Notes under the pieces: model-generated
Told to the model about the DNA's origin: nothing
The model's input: only the letters and a program-made list of their open reading frames with translations
The model's database searches: none
From: the human T2T-CHM13v2.0 reference genome, Homo sapiens
Reading direction: 5' to 3' (one strand)
Assembly: GCF_009914755.1 (NCBI RefSeq)
Contig: NC_060937.1
Length of the DNA stretch: 64,000 bases
Shown here: piece after piece, positions 38,223 to 54,272 of the stretch
Position numbering within the stretch: position 1 is the first letter of the stretch
Layout of the letters: each line of letters starts with the position of its first letter
Program-made: the position numbers and the translations under genes

Positions 38223-38523
38223 AGGCACAGCGCAGTACAGTGGCTCATGTTTTTAATCCTAGTGCTTTGGGAGGCTGAGATGAGAGAATTGCTTGGGCCC
38301 AGGAGTTTGAGACCAGCCTGGGCAGCATAATGAGACACTTTCTTTATAACAAATTAAAATCAACTAGCAGGGCATGGTGGCACAGGAGGCTGAGGTGAGA
38401 GAATCATTTGAGCTCAAGAGTTTGAGGCTGCAATGAGCCATGATCACTCCAATCTACCACTGTATTCCAGCCTGGATGACAGAGGGAGACCCTGTCTCTA
38501 AATAAATAAGCAAATAAAAAAAT
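38223..38523 (+). mobile_element. AluJ with a small internal deletion
   Basis: GCCCAGGAGTTTGAGACCAGCCTGGGCAGCATA and GAGTTTGAGGCTGCAATGAGCCATGAT. Confidence 0.88.
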
Positions 38524-39499
38524 GTGTTTTTCCATACATAAAAATAAGTTAATAAACAGATAAATAAAATAGACATGGATTTGCTTAGAATAAAGCTAAT
38601 TATAAGATAACAGAAAAGTGAGCACCAAAGATGGGGTTCACCTTAGCAAGTGATTCCAGCCTATTAGGACACTCACAGAATTCTCCCTGCAGCATGACCA
38701 ACATGAAAGTAGAATGTCATCATGTCAGGCTATACCAGCGTCGGAAGACTAAACACTGTGGGGAAGAACCTCCCTTATGGAATATTATCAACAGGTGAGA
38801 GACCAGCTCCTGCCCTGATGGGCTACAGAGATGAATTCTTGAGATAACACATTGCAGAAACATGCATAGAGTAGTTTAACCTTTTTTGTGTGTAACCCTT
38901 TCTCCATTTTCCTGCAAAATCCTCCCTAGAAATAGTGTTCGCTTTTAAGTTTTGAGGGTCTGGTAGGACTGAAGCTGCATGCTGCAGGAGATACCTGGGG
39001 TAGGAAACTAACACAAACTGCAGCTACAGGCACAAATACTCATGGCCTAATGTAAAGTGAAAACAATAGAAAGGTCTTTACTGTTATTCACCCAAGTGAG
39101 TGAACAGAGACTTTCCACATAACCAACTTGCCACTGAGACTAATGAAGGCCAGATTCCACTGGATCAAGACTATGAGTTACTCATGGGAAGATCATAGGA
39201 CACAGCCCAGAGAGTTTTCATACTGGAGTCTGGGTACTGGGTCTGTCCCGGTCTTCTCGGGTTTCTGTCTGTAGAGACCCCTATGTGGCTGCTCTTACCA
39301 CAGCCCGGTGCTGGCTGTGGTTGCTGGCTTAGTGCACCTGGTCTTTTTCCAAAAAGAGGGAGGAGTTGGCCACATCAAGAAGCTCCTCATCAATCTGAAT
39401 GCAGCTCTGTAAAAAGTGCCTAGAAACCACGCAAAGAAAAGTCAGTGGTCTGCCTTGTTTTCACCGTATGTGACACCTCCACTAGAAATTCTGCTTTTC

Positions 39500-39711
39500 T
39501 CTGCACTCCAGCCTGGGTGACAGAGCGAGGCTTCCTCAAAAAGGAAAAAAGAAAAAGAAAAAGAGAGAAAGAAAGACAGAAGGAAGTAAGGAAGAAGAAA
39601 GAAAGAAAAAGAAAGAAAGAAAGAGAAAAAAAGAAGAAAGAAAGAAAGAAAGAGAAAGAAAGAAAGAAAGAAGAAAGAAAGAAAGAAAGAAAGAAAGAAG
39701 AAAGAAAGAAA

Positions 39712-39780
<69 letters not shown>

Positions 39781-39804
39781 AAATAAAAGAGAAAAGAAAA
39801 GAAA
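39500..39804 (+). mobile_element. Extremely 5'-truncated Alu with an expanded (GAAA)n tail
   Basis: ~37 nt of Alu 3' end plus ~267 nt purine tract; TSD AGAAATTCTGCTTTTC / AGAAATTCTGCTCTTC at 39484-39499 and 39805-39820. Confidence 0.9.
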
Positions 39805-40671
39805 AGAAATTCTGCTCTTCAGATTAGGCACATAAGGAGAATCTGTATGAATCTCCAGCAAGGAAGGAAACCAGAGGACAAGTTAAAGTCTTGGAATTCA
39901 CATCTGAGTACACAGACTCGTTCTCCAACCCTCTTCTTTTTATTCTGCCAGCTATGGCCTAGGTATGAACATGACAGGTACACAAGGGTTCCAACACCTG
40001 ACAATCTGCTTCAGTAAAAGAAGAGTGCCCTCCCTCTTGCTCCCCATACAACTCATGGTACTAAGAAATGGTGTGGGACTTCCCAGATGAGTTGACAAGA
40101 GAGGCCTGGCTCTGGGGCCTGTCCTGAGCTGCCCTGTGTTATTTGTAGGTGCACCCGGCCAATAGCCAGGGGCATCAATGATGAGGCCTGAGTTGACATC
40201 CGTGTTTTCAGATAAGGCTTTTACACTGAGCCTTTGTAAAGTCAAAACTCAGAAATTTCAGGGCACAATGAAAGAACATCTCACTCTCTTGAGCATCTCT
40301 CACTAACAGAGGTGGATACAGAGCTGTCTCAAGAATGTGGGTTCCTGGTTTCTTAACTGATGTTGGGTTGTCACCAAGAAAGTGTGTTAAACTCTTCAAG
40401 GTTCCATCTACTGGGTCCCTTCTTTCTGTAAGACCTACCCAAAAGCCCCACTATGCTACTAATTGCTCAGTCTCCTCTTCCATGTCAACTCTTCATTTGT
40501 ACACAAGTATGCAAACACAACTTCCCCTTAATTCCCTGGAAAGAACTAAATGCAGCCTGGGTTCCAGGATATAAGAGACAGCTGGAACATAACCTTGTTT
40601 TTCTTACCATCTCTGGGACCCAATAAAAGTCACTGTGTATTTGAGGCTTCCCCAGCCTCCAAGCATGCACA

Positions 40672-40910
40672 GTGGGGATGATGCTAACATCTACTTCCTA
40701 GGGATTGTATTAGATGTATATAAGATAAAACATAAAAATCATGTGGTGTTACCTGTAGATAATGCACACACTTAGAGATGGAAGCATTAGGAGAATATGT
40801 AGAAGGTAGCATGGGCCACAACTCAAACAAGCCTGGGTCTGGCAGGGTGATCTTGGGAATGTCACTTCTCCACTGCGCTTCATTTTCATTCTGCTCCAGT
40901 ATGAAGTTGA
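40672..40910 (+). mobile_element. MIR fragments
   Basis: GTGGGGATGATG..CTACTTCCTAGGGATTGT and GTGATCTTGGGAATGTCACTTCTCC resemble the MIR core and 3' end. Confidence 0.5.
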
Positions 40911-40941
40911 AATTAAATGTAGATACTGTCCTCTGGCATTC

Positions 40942-41273
40942 ATATAGTTTAGCTGTGTGTTCCACCCAAACTTCTCTGTGTATTATAACCCCCAGGTGTT
41001 AAGGGAGAAACCTGAGGGGAGATGATTGGATTATGGGGATGGGTTCTCCTCATGCTGTTCTTGTGATAGTGAGTTCTCATGAGATCTGATAGTTTCATAA
41101 GCATCTGGTACATCCCATGCTCTCACTCACTTCACTTGTCAGCCACTGTAATTGGAAGGTTTCTGAGGTGCCCTCCCAATTATGTGGAACTGTGAGTCAA
41201 TTAAACTTCTTTTCTTTATCAATTACCCAGTCTCAAGTACTTCATCATTGCAGTATGACAAAGTCCTAATACA
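40942..41273 (+). mobile_element. MaLR LTR (THE1/MST-like)
   Basis: CATGCTGTTCTTGTGATAGTGAGTTCTCATGAGATCTGAT; AACTGTGAGTCAATTAAAC; ends TAATACA. Confidence 0.85.
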
Positions 41274-41919
41274 GCCATTCAACTTTCTAGTGCTTTCTCT
41301 TTATATTTAGAATCATATCCATGTGCCTTCTCACGTCTATGACAGGGAAACTCTTCACAAAATCTCACAGTACTAGGTGGTTAGTGACTCAGTTTTTTAT
41401 TGAATAAAATGGCCTACAGCCTGATGACAGTAATATGGCCCTTGGGTTTTGAGGAAAATATCATGTTGTAGGTTGGCCAAAAAGGAGATAGCAGTCCAGC
41501 TGAAATTTGTTTTCTTATACTGGCTTTAAGGCAGTGATTAGAAAAGGCCTAAGAGGTGGGTTCTGTAAGGGATTGCTGGAAGGAAAGTAGGAATATGGAA
41601 AGTCATGAGACATATACTGTCATCTCTTCTTGCTTCCTCTCAAGTCACATGCAAATTCAGGGAGAGTTAGTATGAAACACACAATGGAAATTTGGGCTCT
41701 AACATATGCAATCTGATTCTTCATGGACTTCATTTGGCCATATCAGTTCCAACAATTTCAGCCAATGTTTAAAAATCTTATAAGCAGATAACATTTTAGT
41801 GTTTCAACAAGCCATTTCCTATCTTTCATTCTGAAAATCCATTTTAAGTCATTTTTTTAACAGCATAGGGGTACAAATTCAGCTTCTGTCCAATGAAATA
41901 CAGAAAAGGATATCACTTT

Positions 41920-42570
<651 letters not shown>

Positions 42571-42699
42571 TCAAGATTTTTCTAAAGCTCTCATTTTTCT
42601 CCTACTGGGTTTTTCCTGTTTGCGCCCTCAATCTTTCTCTGTCTCTTTTTGTGTACACCTTTTTGTCTAATTCTCTCTCTCTATTGTATACCTCAAACA

Positions 42700-43032
42700 C
42701 AGGAAGCAAGCTTCAATGCTATGAGATGCTCCATGTAAAGACCAACATAACAGAGCCTGAGGGGGTGCTCAGACCAGTAGAGAGAAGGAAAGTCAGGCTC
42801 TCCAGCCACACTAAACCCTGCCAATTTTCACATGAGTCAGCTTAAAGGCTCATGCTTTCCCAGTCCAGCTTCAGTTAAGACCACAGTCCCAATGTCATAA
42901 AAGACCTAAAGGCAGAGGTACCCAACTGAACTGTGTCCAGATTCTGGTCCACATAAATTATGAGATATTATATGTTGTTGAAAAGTGCTGACTTTTAGGG
43001 CAATGTTGTCAGAAAGGAGCAGATATCTAACC
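42700..43032 (+). mobile_element. MaLR LTR fragment (MLT1D/E/F-like)
   Basis: AACCCTGCCAA..CACATGAGTCAGCTT..CCCAGTCCAGCTTCAG..CCAGATTCTGGTCCACA motifs. Confidence 0.55.
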
Positions 43033-45321
43033 TCATCTCCCAGGCCCTAGGATTCTCCATCCCTCTATTTATATCTTCCTCAGGCTGTCTGCAGCCAAAC
43101 TTTCTAACCTCTGCCGAACTCACACCTATGAGTCTCTTCACTAAGGGTGGCTTCTCCCTGACACATACTTGTGCAGAGATGTCTCCCTGTTGTCATCCTT
43201 ATCATGGATTAAACATCACCACAATGAGGCCTTAGTTCCTCCCATGCAATAATTTTCCAGCTTTTCTTCTCAACATTCCACTTTATATTATAGTCCTTCC
43301 TCTTTTCTTTCACATATACTTGCTTTAGTGCTTTTATCCAGCTGTCCTCAGAATGTTTGGTCCTGGGTTGGGGGGTGCAGGCATCATGTAATAATTTTCT
43401 GTACCACGTTGCACCCACCTGGTTAGCTGGCAAAGGGTGAGCGCAAGGGAAAAAAGACTGGCTAAGTGATTATATGGAGGATCTCTAATATCCCTTCCTC
43501 TTTTGACCACCTGATAATGTGGAGATCATTGATAACAACATGAGATGTGTGACTCTTACTTGTTCCAGCTGCTCCAGCAAAGCTCAGTGGGCACCAGAAA
43601 CAGAGCTGGCTGTAACCACCTCCAGGCCATCACTAACTCTATGGCCCAATGCAGGAGCACTATGGAACAAATCAGGTATCTTGATTTTTCTGTCCTCAAG
43701 ACACTGGTTCTTCAAGGTCCTAGGGGATAAAGTAGCAGAATCTGAAGGCCCCAAGTACAATGAGTGACCTTGGAATCCCCCTTTGCCTTCTATTTGCCTC
43801 TACCTTTTGGGTTGTGCTATTTATCCATGAGATATCCTCCCCTTATCCAGTGAAATTAGTTTCTACCACTTTCAAATGAGGACCTTAAGAACCCAACAGG
43901 AGCTGGGATTTTCCGTGGACTTCAGCCTCAGAGTCCAATGCTCTGGAACATTTAGCTCCGTCTCATCTTCATCTACCCAAGATGCCTCTGAAGTGGCCAT
44001 GCCTCCCTCTGATTTGAAGGACCTACAGAGAGTGGATGCATTTCTGCACAGTCTCAGAGCAAGAATCAGGGCTGGAAGACACTTATGAGTATGTGAAATC
44101 GTCGAGGTCACCCAGTTCAAACAGCCCTATTTATGAGGAAGAAAACAGGCTTTCCTGCAGGCATTCTCTACATTACGCTGAGGTGGAGCATAGCTCATTT
44201 TACTTCCAGGTGCCCTCAGAGCTGGATGCAAAACCCCAGTCCTGTCATCTTGAAATTGACATGGAGAGGTCCCCATGTGAACAGAACCCTGGATCTGCTC
44301 ATTCTCTGTGCCCCTGAATGTGAAGCTACAGGCTCTAACTTCCAAAGCAAACCTGATAGGTGGGATGGAGCCAAGGCCTAGGAAGCTGGAGCTCTCTCTA
44401 ATGCTCTGGAGCCTGCCCACCTCCTGAGATCTGGATCAGTCCCTGCCTCTTTTGGGGCCTCATTTTCCCAATTGTAATGTAATGAGAAATTAAATGTAAA
44501 ATTGCATAAGCATATGCTCTGTGAGAATTTGGTGTCAGAGTCCTCAATACTGGATGATATATTTTGGTGGGAGGGGTTTGGGCCCCAGAGGTTCTCGGGA
44601 CTCCTGACATATCCATTGCAGTAGGTGTAGAGCTCAGGAGATCCAGATCTTCTTTCCTGAGCCAGCTGATTACAATACAATGGACCACGGGCTATGATCT
44701 TAAATATGATTTCACAGGATTCCCCACCTTCAGCCACCATCTGCTCTGTGCTTCCCTTATTTTGGGGAGCTGATGACAACCTCCATTATAGTGAGAGAGT
44801 CCAAGAAACTAGACTTGTGGACCTGGAGAAAAGAAAAAAACACTTTTCTATTTCTCTCAAACTGTAGAATCTGTTGTCAAATATTTAATTTTGATTCCAT
44901 CTGAGCTTGATAATACGTTCATGTGTTAAGAGCTGCTTAAATTTATTTTTTCTGTGGTGTGGGATAATGTCTTTTCCCATATTTTAAATCAACTTCTAAA
45001 AGCTCTCTTTAAAGTGGAGATGTGAACATCTTTGTGATATAAACTGCACATATTTGTTGCGAGATTGTTCTTTTTCTCTTTGTTAAAATGTTTTGTTTTA
45101 TTCTGGTTTGGATGTCCTTCAGGGTTTTGTTTTGTGGCTATTTATTACTACAATGCAACTTCTCCCCTAATTGACTGACAGGTTTGTACATTCTCAATAA
45201 AATCTTTTGGTAAAGTCTTTGTAAAAACTGTGTAAACAATTTTACAGTTTTCATAAACATAAAACAGTCAAGACTGTCATGATGAAAAAGAAAGATTGAG
45301 GGCTTAAAAATTAAAATATGA

Positions 45322-48300
45322 CACAGCTAAAGTAGTGTGCAAAGGGAAATTTATGGCACTAAATGCCCACAAGAGAAAGCAGAAAAGGTCTAAAATCGGC
45401 ATCATAATATCACAATTAAAAATCTAGGGAAGCAAGAGCAAACAAATTCAAAAGCTAGCAGAAGACAAGAAATAATTAAGATCACAGCAGAACTGAAGGA
45501 GATAGACACACAAAAAGCCCGTCCAAAAAATCAACGAATCCAGGAGCTGTTTTTTTGAAAAGATCAAGAAATAAATAAACTGCTAGCCAGAGTAATAAGG
45601 AAGAAGAGAAGAATCAAATACATGCAATAGGAAATGATAAAGGGGATATAACCATTGATCCACAGAAATAAAAATTACCATTAGAGAATATTATAAAAAA
45701 CTCTTTGCAAATTAACTAGAAAATCTAGACGAAATGGATAAATTCCTGGACACATATACCCTCCCAAGTCCAAACCAGTAAGAAGTCGAATGCCTGAATA
45801 TGCCAATAACAAGTTCTAAAATTGAGGCAGTAACTAATAGCCTACCAACCAAAAGAAGTCCAGAACCAGAAGGATTCACAGCCGAATTCTACCAAAGGTA
45901 CAAAGAGGAGCTGGTACCATTCCTTCTGAAACTATTTCAAACAATAGAAAAGAGGTACTCCTCCTTAACTCATTTTATGCATCCAGCATCATCCTGAAAC
46001 CAAAACTTGGCAAAGACACACCAGAAAAAGAAAATTTCAGGCCCGTATCCCTGATGAATATCGATGCGAAAATCCTCAATAAAATACTGGCAAACCGAAT
46101 CCAGCAGCACATCAAAAAGCTTATCCACCACGATCTAGTCAGCTTAATCCCTCGGATGCAAAGCTTGTTCAACATATGCAAATCAATAAATGTATTCCAT
46201 CACATAAACAGAACTAATGACAAAAACCACATGATTATCTCAATAGATGCAAAAAAGGCCTTCAGCAAAATTCAACACCTCTTCATGGTAAAAACTCTCA
46301 ATGAATTATGTATTCATGGAACTTATCTCAACATATTAAGAGCTATTTATGACAAACGCACAGCCAATATACTGAATGGGAAAAAACTTGAAACATTCCT
46401 TTTGAAAATCTGCACAAAACAAGAATACCCTCTCTCATCACTCCTATTCAATATAGTATTGGAAGTTCTGGCCAGGGCAATCAGTCAAGAGAAAGAAACA
46501 AAGCGTAATCAAATAGGAAGAGGAACTCAAGTTGTCTCTGTTTGCAGCTGACATGATTGTATATTTAGAAAACCCCATCGTCTCAGCCCAAAATCTCCTT
46601 AAACCAATATGCAACTTCAAAAAAGTCTCAGTATACAAAATCAGTGTTCAAAAATCACAAGAATTCCTATACACAATAATAGACAAACAGAGAGCCAAAT
46701 CATGCATGAACTCTCATTCACAATTGTTACAAAGAGAATAAAATACCTAGGAATCCAACTTAAAAGGGATGGGAAGGACTTCTTCAAGGAGATCTACAAA
46801 CCACTGCTCAAGGAAATAAGAGAGGACACAAACAAATGAAAAACAATCCGTGCTCATGGATAGGAAGAATCAATATTGTGAAAATGGCCATACTGCCCAA
46901 AGTAATTTATAAATTCAGTGTTATCCCCATCAAGCTCCCACTGACTTTCTTTACATAATTAGAAAAAAAACTACTTTAAATTTCATATGGAATCAAAAAA
47001 GATCCTGCATAGACAAGACAATCCTAAGCAAAAAGAACAAAAGTGGAGGCATCACACTAGCTATCTTCAAACTATACTAAAAGGCCACAGTAACCAAGAC
47101 AGTATGGTACTGGTACCAAAACAGATATATTGACAAATGGAACAGAACAGAGGCCCCAGAAATAACATCAAACATCTACAACCATCTGATCTTTGATGAA
47201 CCTGACAAAAACAAGTAATGGGGAAAGGATTCCTTATTTAATAAATGGTGTTGGGAAAACTAGATAGCCATATGCAAAAAAATGAAACTGGACGTCTTCC
47301 TTACTAGTTATACAAAAATTAACTGAAGATGGATTAAAGACTTAAATGTAAGACTTAAAACCATAAAAACCCCCCAAAAAACAAAGGCATTACCATTCAG
47401 GACATAGGCGTGGGCAAAGACTTCATGAATAAAACAGCAAAAACAATGGCAACAAAAGCCAAAATTGACAAACGAGATGTAATTAAAGTAAAGAGCTTCT
47501 TCACAACAAAAGAAACTATCATCAGAGTGAACAGGCAACCCACAGAAAGGAGAAAATTTATGCAATCTATCCATCTGACAATGGGCTAATATGCAGAATC
47601 TACAAAAAACTTAAGCAAATTTACAAGAAAAAAACAAACAACCATATCAAAAATGGGCAAAGGACATGAACAGACACTTCTGAAAAGAAGACATTTATGC
47701 AGCCAACAAACATATGAAAAAAAAACTCATCATCACTGGTCATTAGATAAATGCAAATCAAAAACACAGTGAGAAACCATCTCACTCCAGTTAGAATGGT
47801 GATCATTGGAAAAATCAGGAAACAACAGATGCTGGAGAGGATGTGGAGAAATAGGAACACTTTTACACTGTTGGTGAGAGTGTAAATTAGTTCAACCATT
47901 GTGGAAGACAGTATGGCAATTCCTCAAGGATCTACAATGAGAAATACCATTTGATCCAGCAATCCCATTACTGGGTATATAACCAAATGATTATAAATTA
48001 TTCTACTACTTAGACACATGCAAACATATGTTTATTATGGCACTGTGCACAAGAGCAAAAACTTTGAACCAAACCAAATGCCCATCAGTGGTAGAATGAA
48101 TAAAGAAAATGTGGCATGTATACATCATGGAATACAATGCAGTCATAAAAAGGATGAGTTCATGTCCTTTGCAGGGACATGGATGAAGCTGGAAACCACC
48201 ATTCTCAGCAAACTAACACAAGAGTAGAAAAGCAAACATCACATGTTCTCTCTCATAGTTGGGAGTTAAACAAAGAGAACACAGGGACACAGGAAGGGGA

Positions 48301-48368
48301 ACACCACACACTGGAGCCTGTCAGGAAGTGGGGGACTATGGGAGGGATAGCATTAGAAGATATATTCC
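45322..48368 (+). mobile_element. L1PA, 5'-truncated, decayed ORF2 (RT) and partial 3'UTR
   Basis: Frame fragments [27 protein letters not shown] and [14 protein letters not shown]; stops and frameshifts; homology ends after GGAGGGATAGCATTAG with no poly(A). Confidence 0.95.
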
Positions 48369-49550
48369 TGGCCTAGGCCACTATTGCGATTTTCTAAATT
48401 TTGTTTCAAAAACATGATGTTTCAAAAATTGTTATTGATATGTAATTATACAAATATATAGTTCAGAAAAAAGAATCAACATTAATTATGCTTTTTCCAA
48501 AATACTTTATGGTTTTGAGCTCTTCTAGCAGTGACATTTTTGCTGTAGGTAGTTGCTCTATATCTGGTATATTCATCATAGCATCCTTTGTACCCTTTAC
48601 ACTTATCCTTCAATTTCCCACTCTCCTTAAGTGTAAATTTTCAAGGCCAGAGCTCCCATATCTTCCCAATATTACTTTTTGAAAAGAAGCTCCTATGTAC
48701 TGTTTTGTCTGGGTCTTGTTGGATATAATGCTAAAAGAGCTGGAAAATAATAATTTTTTAAAAAATTCGGTGATGAAATTAAGGTAAATATATTTTATAA
48801 ATCTAATGAACAAAATGAGGCCAGCTGAGAACACAATGATAGTTGAAGAAGAACCTGAGATCCTGTTTCTCTCAATGGATGTATGAACTTAACTGCAATT
48901 GGGTGAGCAAAGCCAGTTGAGTTTGTAGCACCCCTCATGAGAAAAAAGCCAACCATAACCACATTTAGAAGAAAGAAAATTTGGTTACATTTCTGCACTA
49001 AAGAACAGTGCAGTTAGATAAAATTCTGTCCATTCCATGATTCTCCCTCGGGAAAGAAAACAGAGTGAAACGTGTATGCAAACTTCTGACTTATTGATTT
49101 ATACCTTTAACATTTAGTGTTGACCAGAATAGAGATAGAGTTTAAATGACAGCTTGGGTCGACTGAGAATAAAGATAAATATTTCTTACAACAAAGAGAC
49201 TGTAGTGCCTGCAACAGTGACAAAGAGAAGAGACTAAAGGCTCCTAAGAGGAAAGAGAGGTAAACCTTATTAACAAGAAAATACATACAGTACAAAGAAG
49301 ACACATTTTGACAACAGATTGGAGAAGCTCCCGGAATGACTAGTGTGGCTGAATATTGTCAATTTTCCCATGTACAAAGCTTTTTCATAAAGGATAAAAT
49401 AGGTAGTGGTTTCTTAATTGACCAAAACCTTAACAAAACCACAGTACATAAAAGCAACCAGGAAATATAGCCTAATGAAACGAGAAAAATATATATTCAA
49501 GTGACCCTAAAGAAGTGGAGATCTATGAATTATTTTTTAACTTAAAATCA

Positions 49551-49853
49551 TTTTATTTTTCTTTATTTTTTCATTTTATACACAGGATCTTACTCTATCT
49601 CCTGGGACAGATTGCAGTGGTGCAATCACAGCTCACTGTAACCTCAAATTTCTGAAGTAAAGCAGTCATGCCTCCTATGTCTCCTGAGTAAATATGACCA
49701 CAGTTGGGCACACTACCACACCTGTATAGTTTCTTTAAAAGAATCTGTACAAACAGAATGTTGTTATGTTGCCTCGGCTGGTCTCAAACTCCTGGTCTCA
49801 GGCAATCCTACTGCCTCAGTCTGAAAGTGCTGGCATGAGCCACCATACCTGGA
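49551..49853 (-). mobile_element. Diverged AluJ
   Basis: GCAGTGGTGCAATCACAGCTCACTG and GGCTGGTCTCAAACTCCTGG. Confidence 0.8.
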
Positions 49854-49879
49854 ATTGTTTCTCTTTTAAGAAAAAAGGA

Positions 49880-51858
<1,979 letters not shown>

Positions 51859-51859
51859 A

Positions 51860-52466
51860 AGGCGGTCTTACTCTCTCACCCAGACAGGAATACAATATCA
51901 TGGTTATAACTCAATGCAGCCTCAAATTCCTGGGAACTCAAGGAATAATCTTACATCAGCCTCCAACTTCCTGAGACTACAGGAACATTCCACCATTCAT
52001 GATTAATCTGTAAAAATATTTTTTACATATAGCTTCTCACAATATTGCCCAGGGTGGTCTGAAACTCCTAGCCTTAAGTAATTGATATGGTTTGGCTCTC
52101 TGTCCCCAACCAAATCTCATCTTGAATTGTAATAATCTCCACATGTCCTGGGAGGGACCCTGTGGGAGGTAATTGAATCATGGGGGTGGGATTTTCCCAT
52201 GCTGTTCTCATGATAGCAAAAAAGTCTCACGTGATCTGATGGTTTTATAAGTGGAGGTTCCCCTGAACAAAGTCTCTTGTTTGCTCCAATAATTGTGAGA
52301 CCTCCCCAGCCATGTGAAACTGTGAGGCCATTAACCTTTTTCATTATGAATTATCCAGTCTTGGTTATGTCTTTATTAGCTGCATGAGAATTTATTAATA
52401 CAGTAATCCCCTTGCCTTAGCTTTCAAAGTAGCTGGAATTAGACACACATATCAATGTGCCTGGCT
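51860..52466 (-). mobile_element. Diverged AluJ interrupted by a THE1-type LTR
   Basis: Alu sequence at 51860-52082 resumes at 52403-52466. Confidence 0.75.
52083..52402 (+). mobile_element. THE1/MST solo LTR
   Basis: TGATATGGTTTGGCTCTCTGTCCCCAACCAAATCTCATCTTGAATTG...TAATACA; perfect 5-bp TSD GTAAT (52078-52082, 52403-52407). Confidence 0.92.
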
Positions 52467-53592
52467 AAAACACCTAGCTTAAAGATGCTCATTCAGCTAA
52501 AGAAGAACATAGAAAGCTAAACAGAAAAAGAAAACAATTCATGAAGATAATGAGATTATCAATGAAGTGATTAAAAGTACAAAATAGAAACATAAAGTGT
52601 GGAGCTGAAAAATAAAATACCTGAATTTAGAGATTCACTAGAAGGTCCAACAACTGGTTTGATCTAGCAGGAAAAAATCCAGCAAGCTTCATAAGAAGTC
52701 TTTTGAAATTATATGGTGAGGAGGGTAAAAATAATTTTAAAAATTAAGAAAGCCTAAGGGACTTATGGGATACCATTAAGATGGCCAATATACTTCTAAT
52801 GGGAATTCTAAAATAAAAAGAGAGAAAAGAGAGCAGCAAAGTTATTTCAAGAAACAAACAGTGGCTGAGAACTCTCAAAATTTGAGGGAGAAAATGGCCT
52901 AAAATTTAATGAAACTTTACCAACTAGTAGCAACACAGGGAGACCCATGACAAGACACATTTTAATCAGAGATTCAAATGTTAAAACACCGAGAATCTTG
53001 AAGTCAGCAAGAAAAAATGACTTAGCATGTACAATGTTACCCCTATAGGATGACCAGCAGATGTCTCAGCCAATAGCATGCAGGCAAGAGGTTGTAGGAT
53101 GACATACTCAAAGTGCTGAAAAAAATGGCAAGTACCAACCAAGAACACTATGTCTGCCAAAGCTATCATTTCAAATGAATTAAAAAATAAAAATAAAGAA
53201 TATTCAAGATCAACGAAAACTGTATTAATTTATGCACGGTAGGCCTGTATAAAAAAATGCTAGTCATTGACATTAAAAAATAAAATAATGATGAGAGCAA
53301 CATAGAATTATGTAAAATATAAAGTTTTCTAACAGATAATTATGTACACAATTATAATATTTTTGTTATTATAATGAAGATGCACAGAATACTTTTAATT
53401 CTGCTATGTAGTTGAGATAACAAAGACTTAAAAATGACTATATAACTGTGCCAATAGATTCACAATACAAAATGATGTAATTCGCGACATCAATAAAACA
53501 CATAGGCAGCCATAAAGAGGCAGGGTTTTATATGCTATAGTAGTTATTTTTGGTAATATCTATAGTAACAACAAAGAAAATACCTATAGTAC

Positions 53593-53827
53593 TTAGGATT
53601 TTGAGACTAGTCTGGGCAACATGGCAAAACCCTGTCTCTATGAAAAATAACAAAAATTAGCCAGGAGTACTGGTGCACATCTGTGGTCCCAGGTACTCAG
53701 AAGGCTGTGGTGGGAGGATTGTTTGAGTTGAGCCTGAGAGGCAGAGCTTGCAATAAGCAGATATTGTGCCACTGCCCTCCAGCCTGGGCGACAGAGCAAG
53801 ACCCTGTCAAAAAAAAAAAAAAAAAGG
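53593..53827 (+). mobile_element. 5'-truncated AluJ
   Basis: A-tail; TSD AAATACCTATAGTAC at 53578-53592 and 53828-53842. Confidence 0.88.
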
Positions 53828-53968
53828 AAATACCTATAGTACACACACACAAAGACATACACACAGAGAGAGTAGTGAGAAAAGAAGTAAAACATGTCAC
53901 TATAAAAATCAATAATATGCTAAGAAAGAGAACAAGAGAGAAAAACAGGAAATAATAGCTACAGGACC

Positions 53969-54272
53969 GGCCAGGAGCGGTGGCTCACGCCTGTAATCCT
54001 AGCAATTTGGGAGGCCGAGGTGGGTGGATCAACGAGGTCAGGAGATTGAGACCATCCTGGCTAACACAGTGAAACCCTGTCTCTACTAAAAAAAATAAAC
54101 AAATAAAAATAAAAATAGCCGGGCATGGTGGCGGGTGCCTGAATTCCCAGCTGCTGGGGAATCTGAGGCAGGAGAATGGCGTGAATCCGGGAGGCGGAGC
54201 TTGCAGGGAGCCAAGATTGCACCACTGCACTCCAGCCTGGGCAACAGAGCAAAACTCCGTCTCAAAAGAAAA
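53969..54272 (+). mobile_element. AluY
   Basis: GAGACCATCCTGGCTAACACAGTG, GAATGGCGTGAA and GGAGCTTGCAG diagnostics; TSD AGCTACAGGACC at 53957-53968 and 54273-54284. Confidence 0.93.

Noticed and set aside
39442-39861. KERK-repeat and FLSF-repeat ORFs
   Set aside because: Translation of the (GAAA)n microsatellite.
46054-46839. Reverse-transcriptase ORFs as a novel RT system
   Set aside because: Ordinary frameshifted L1 ORF2 fragments; the same applies to 62329-63057 and 3018-3284.
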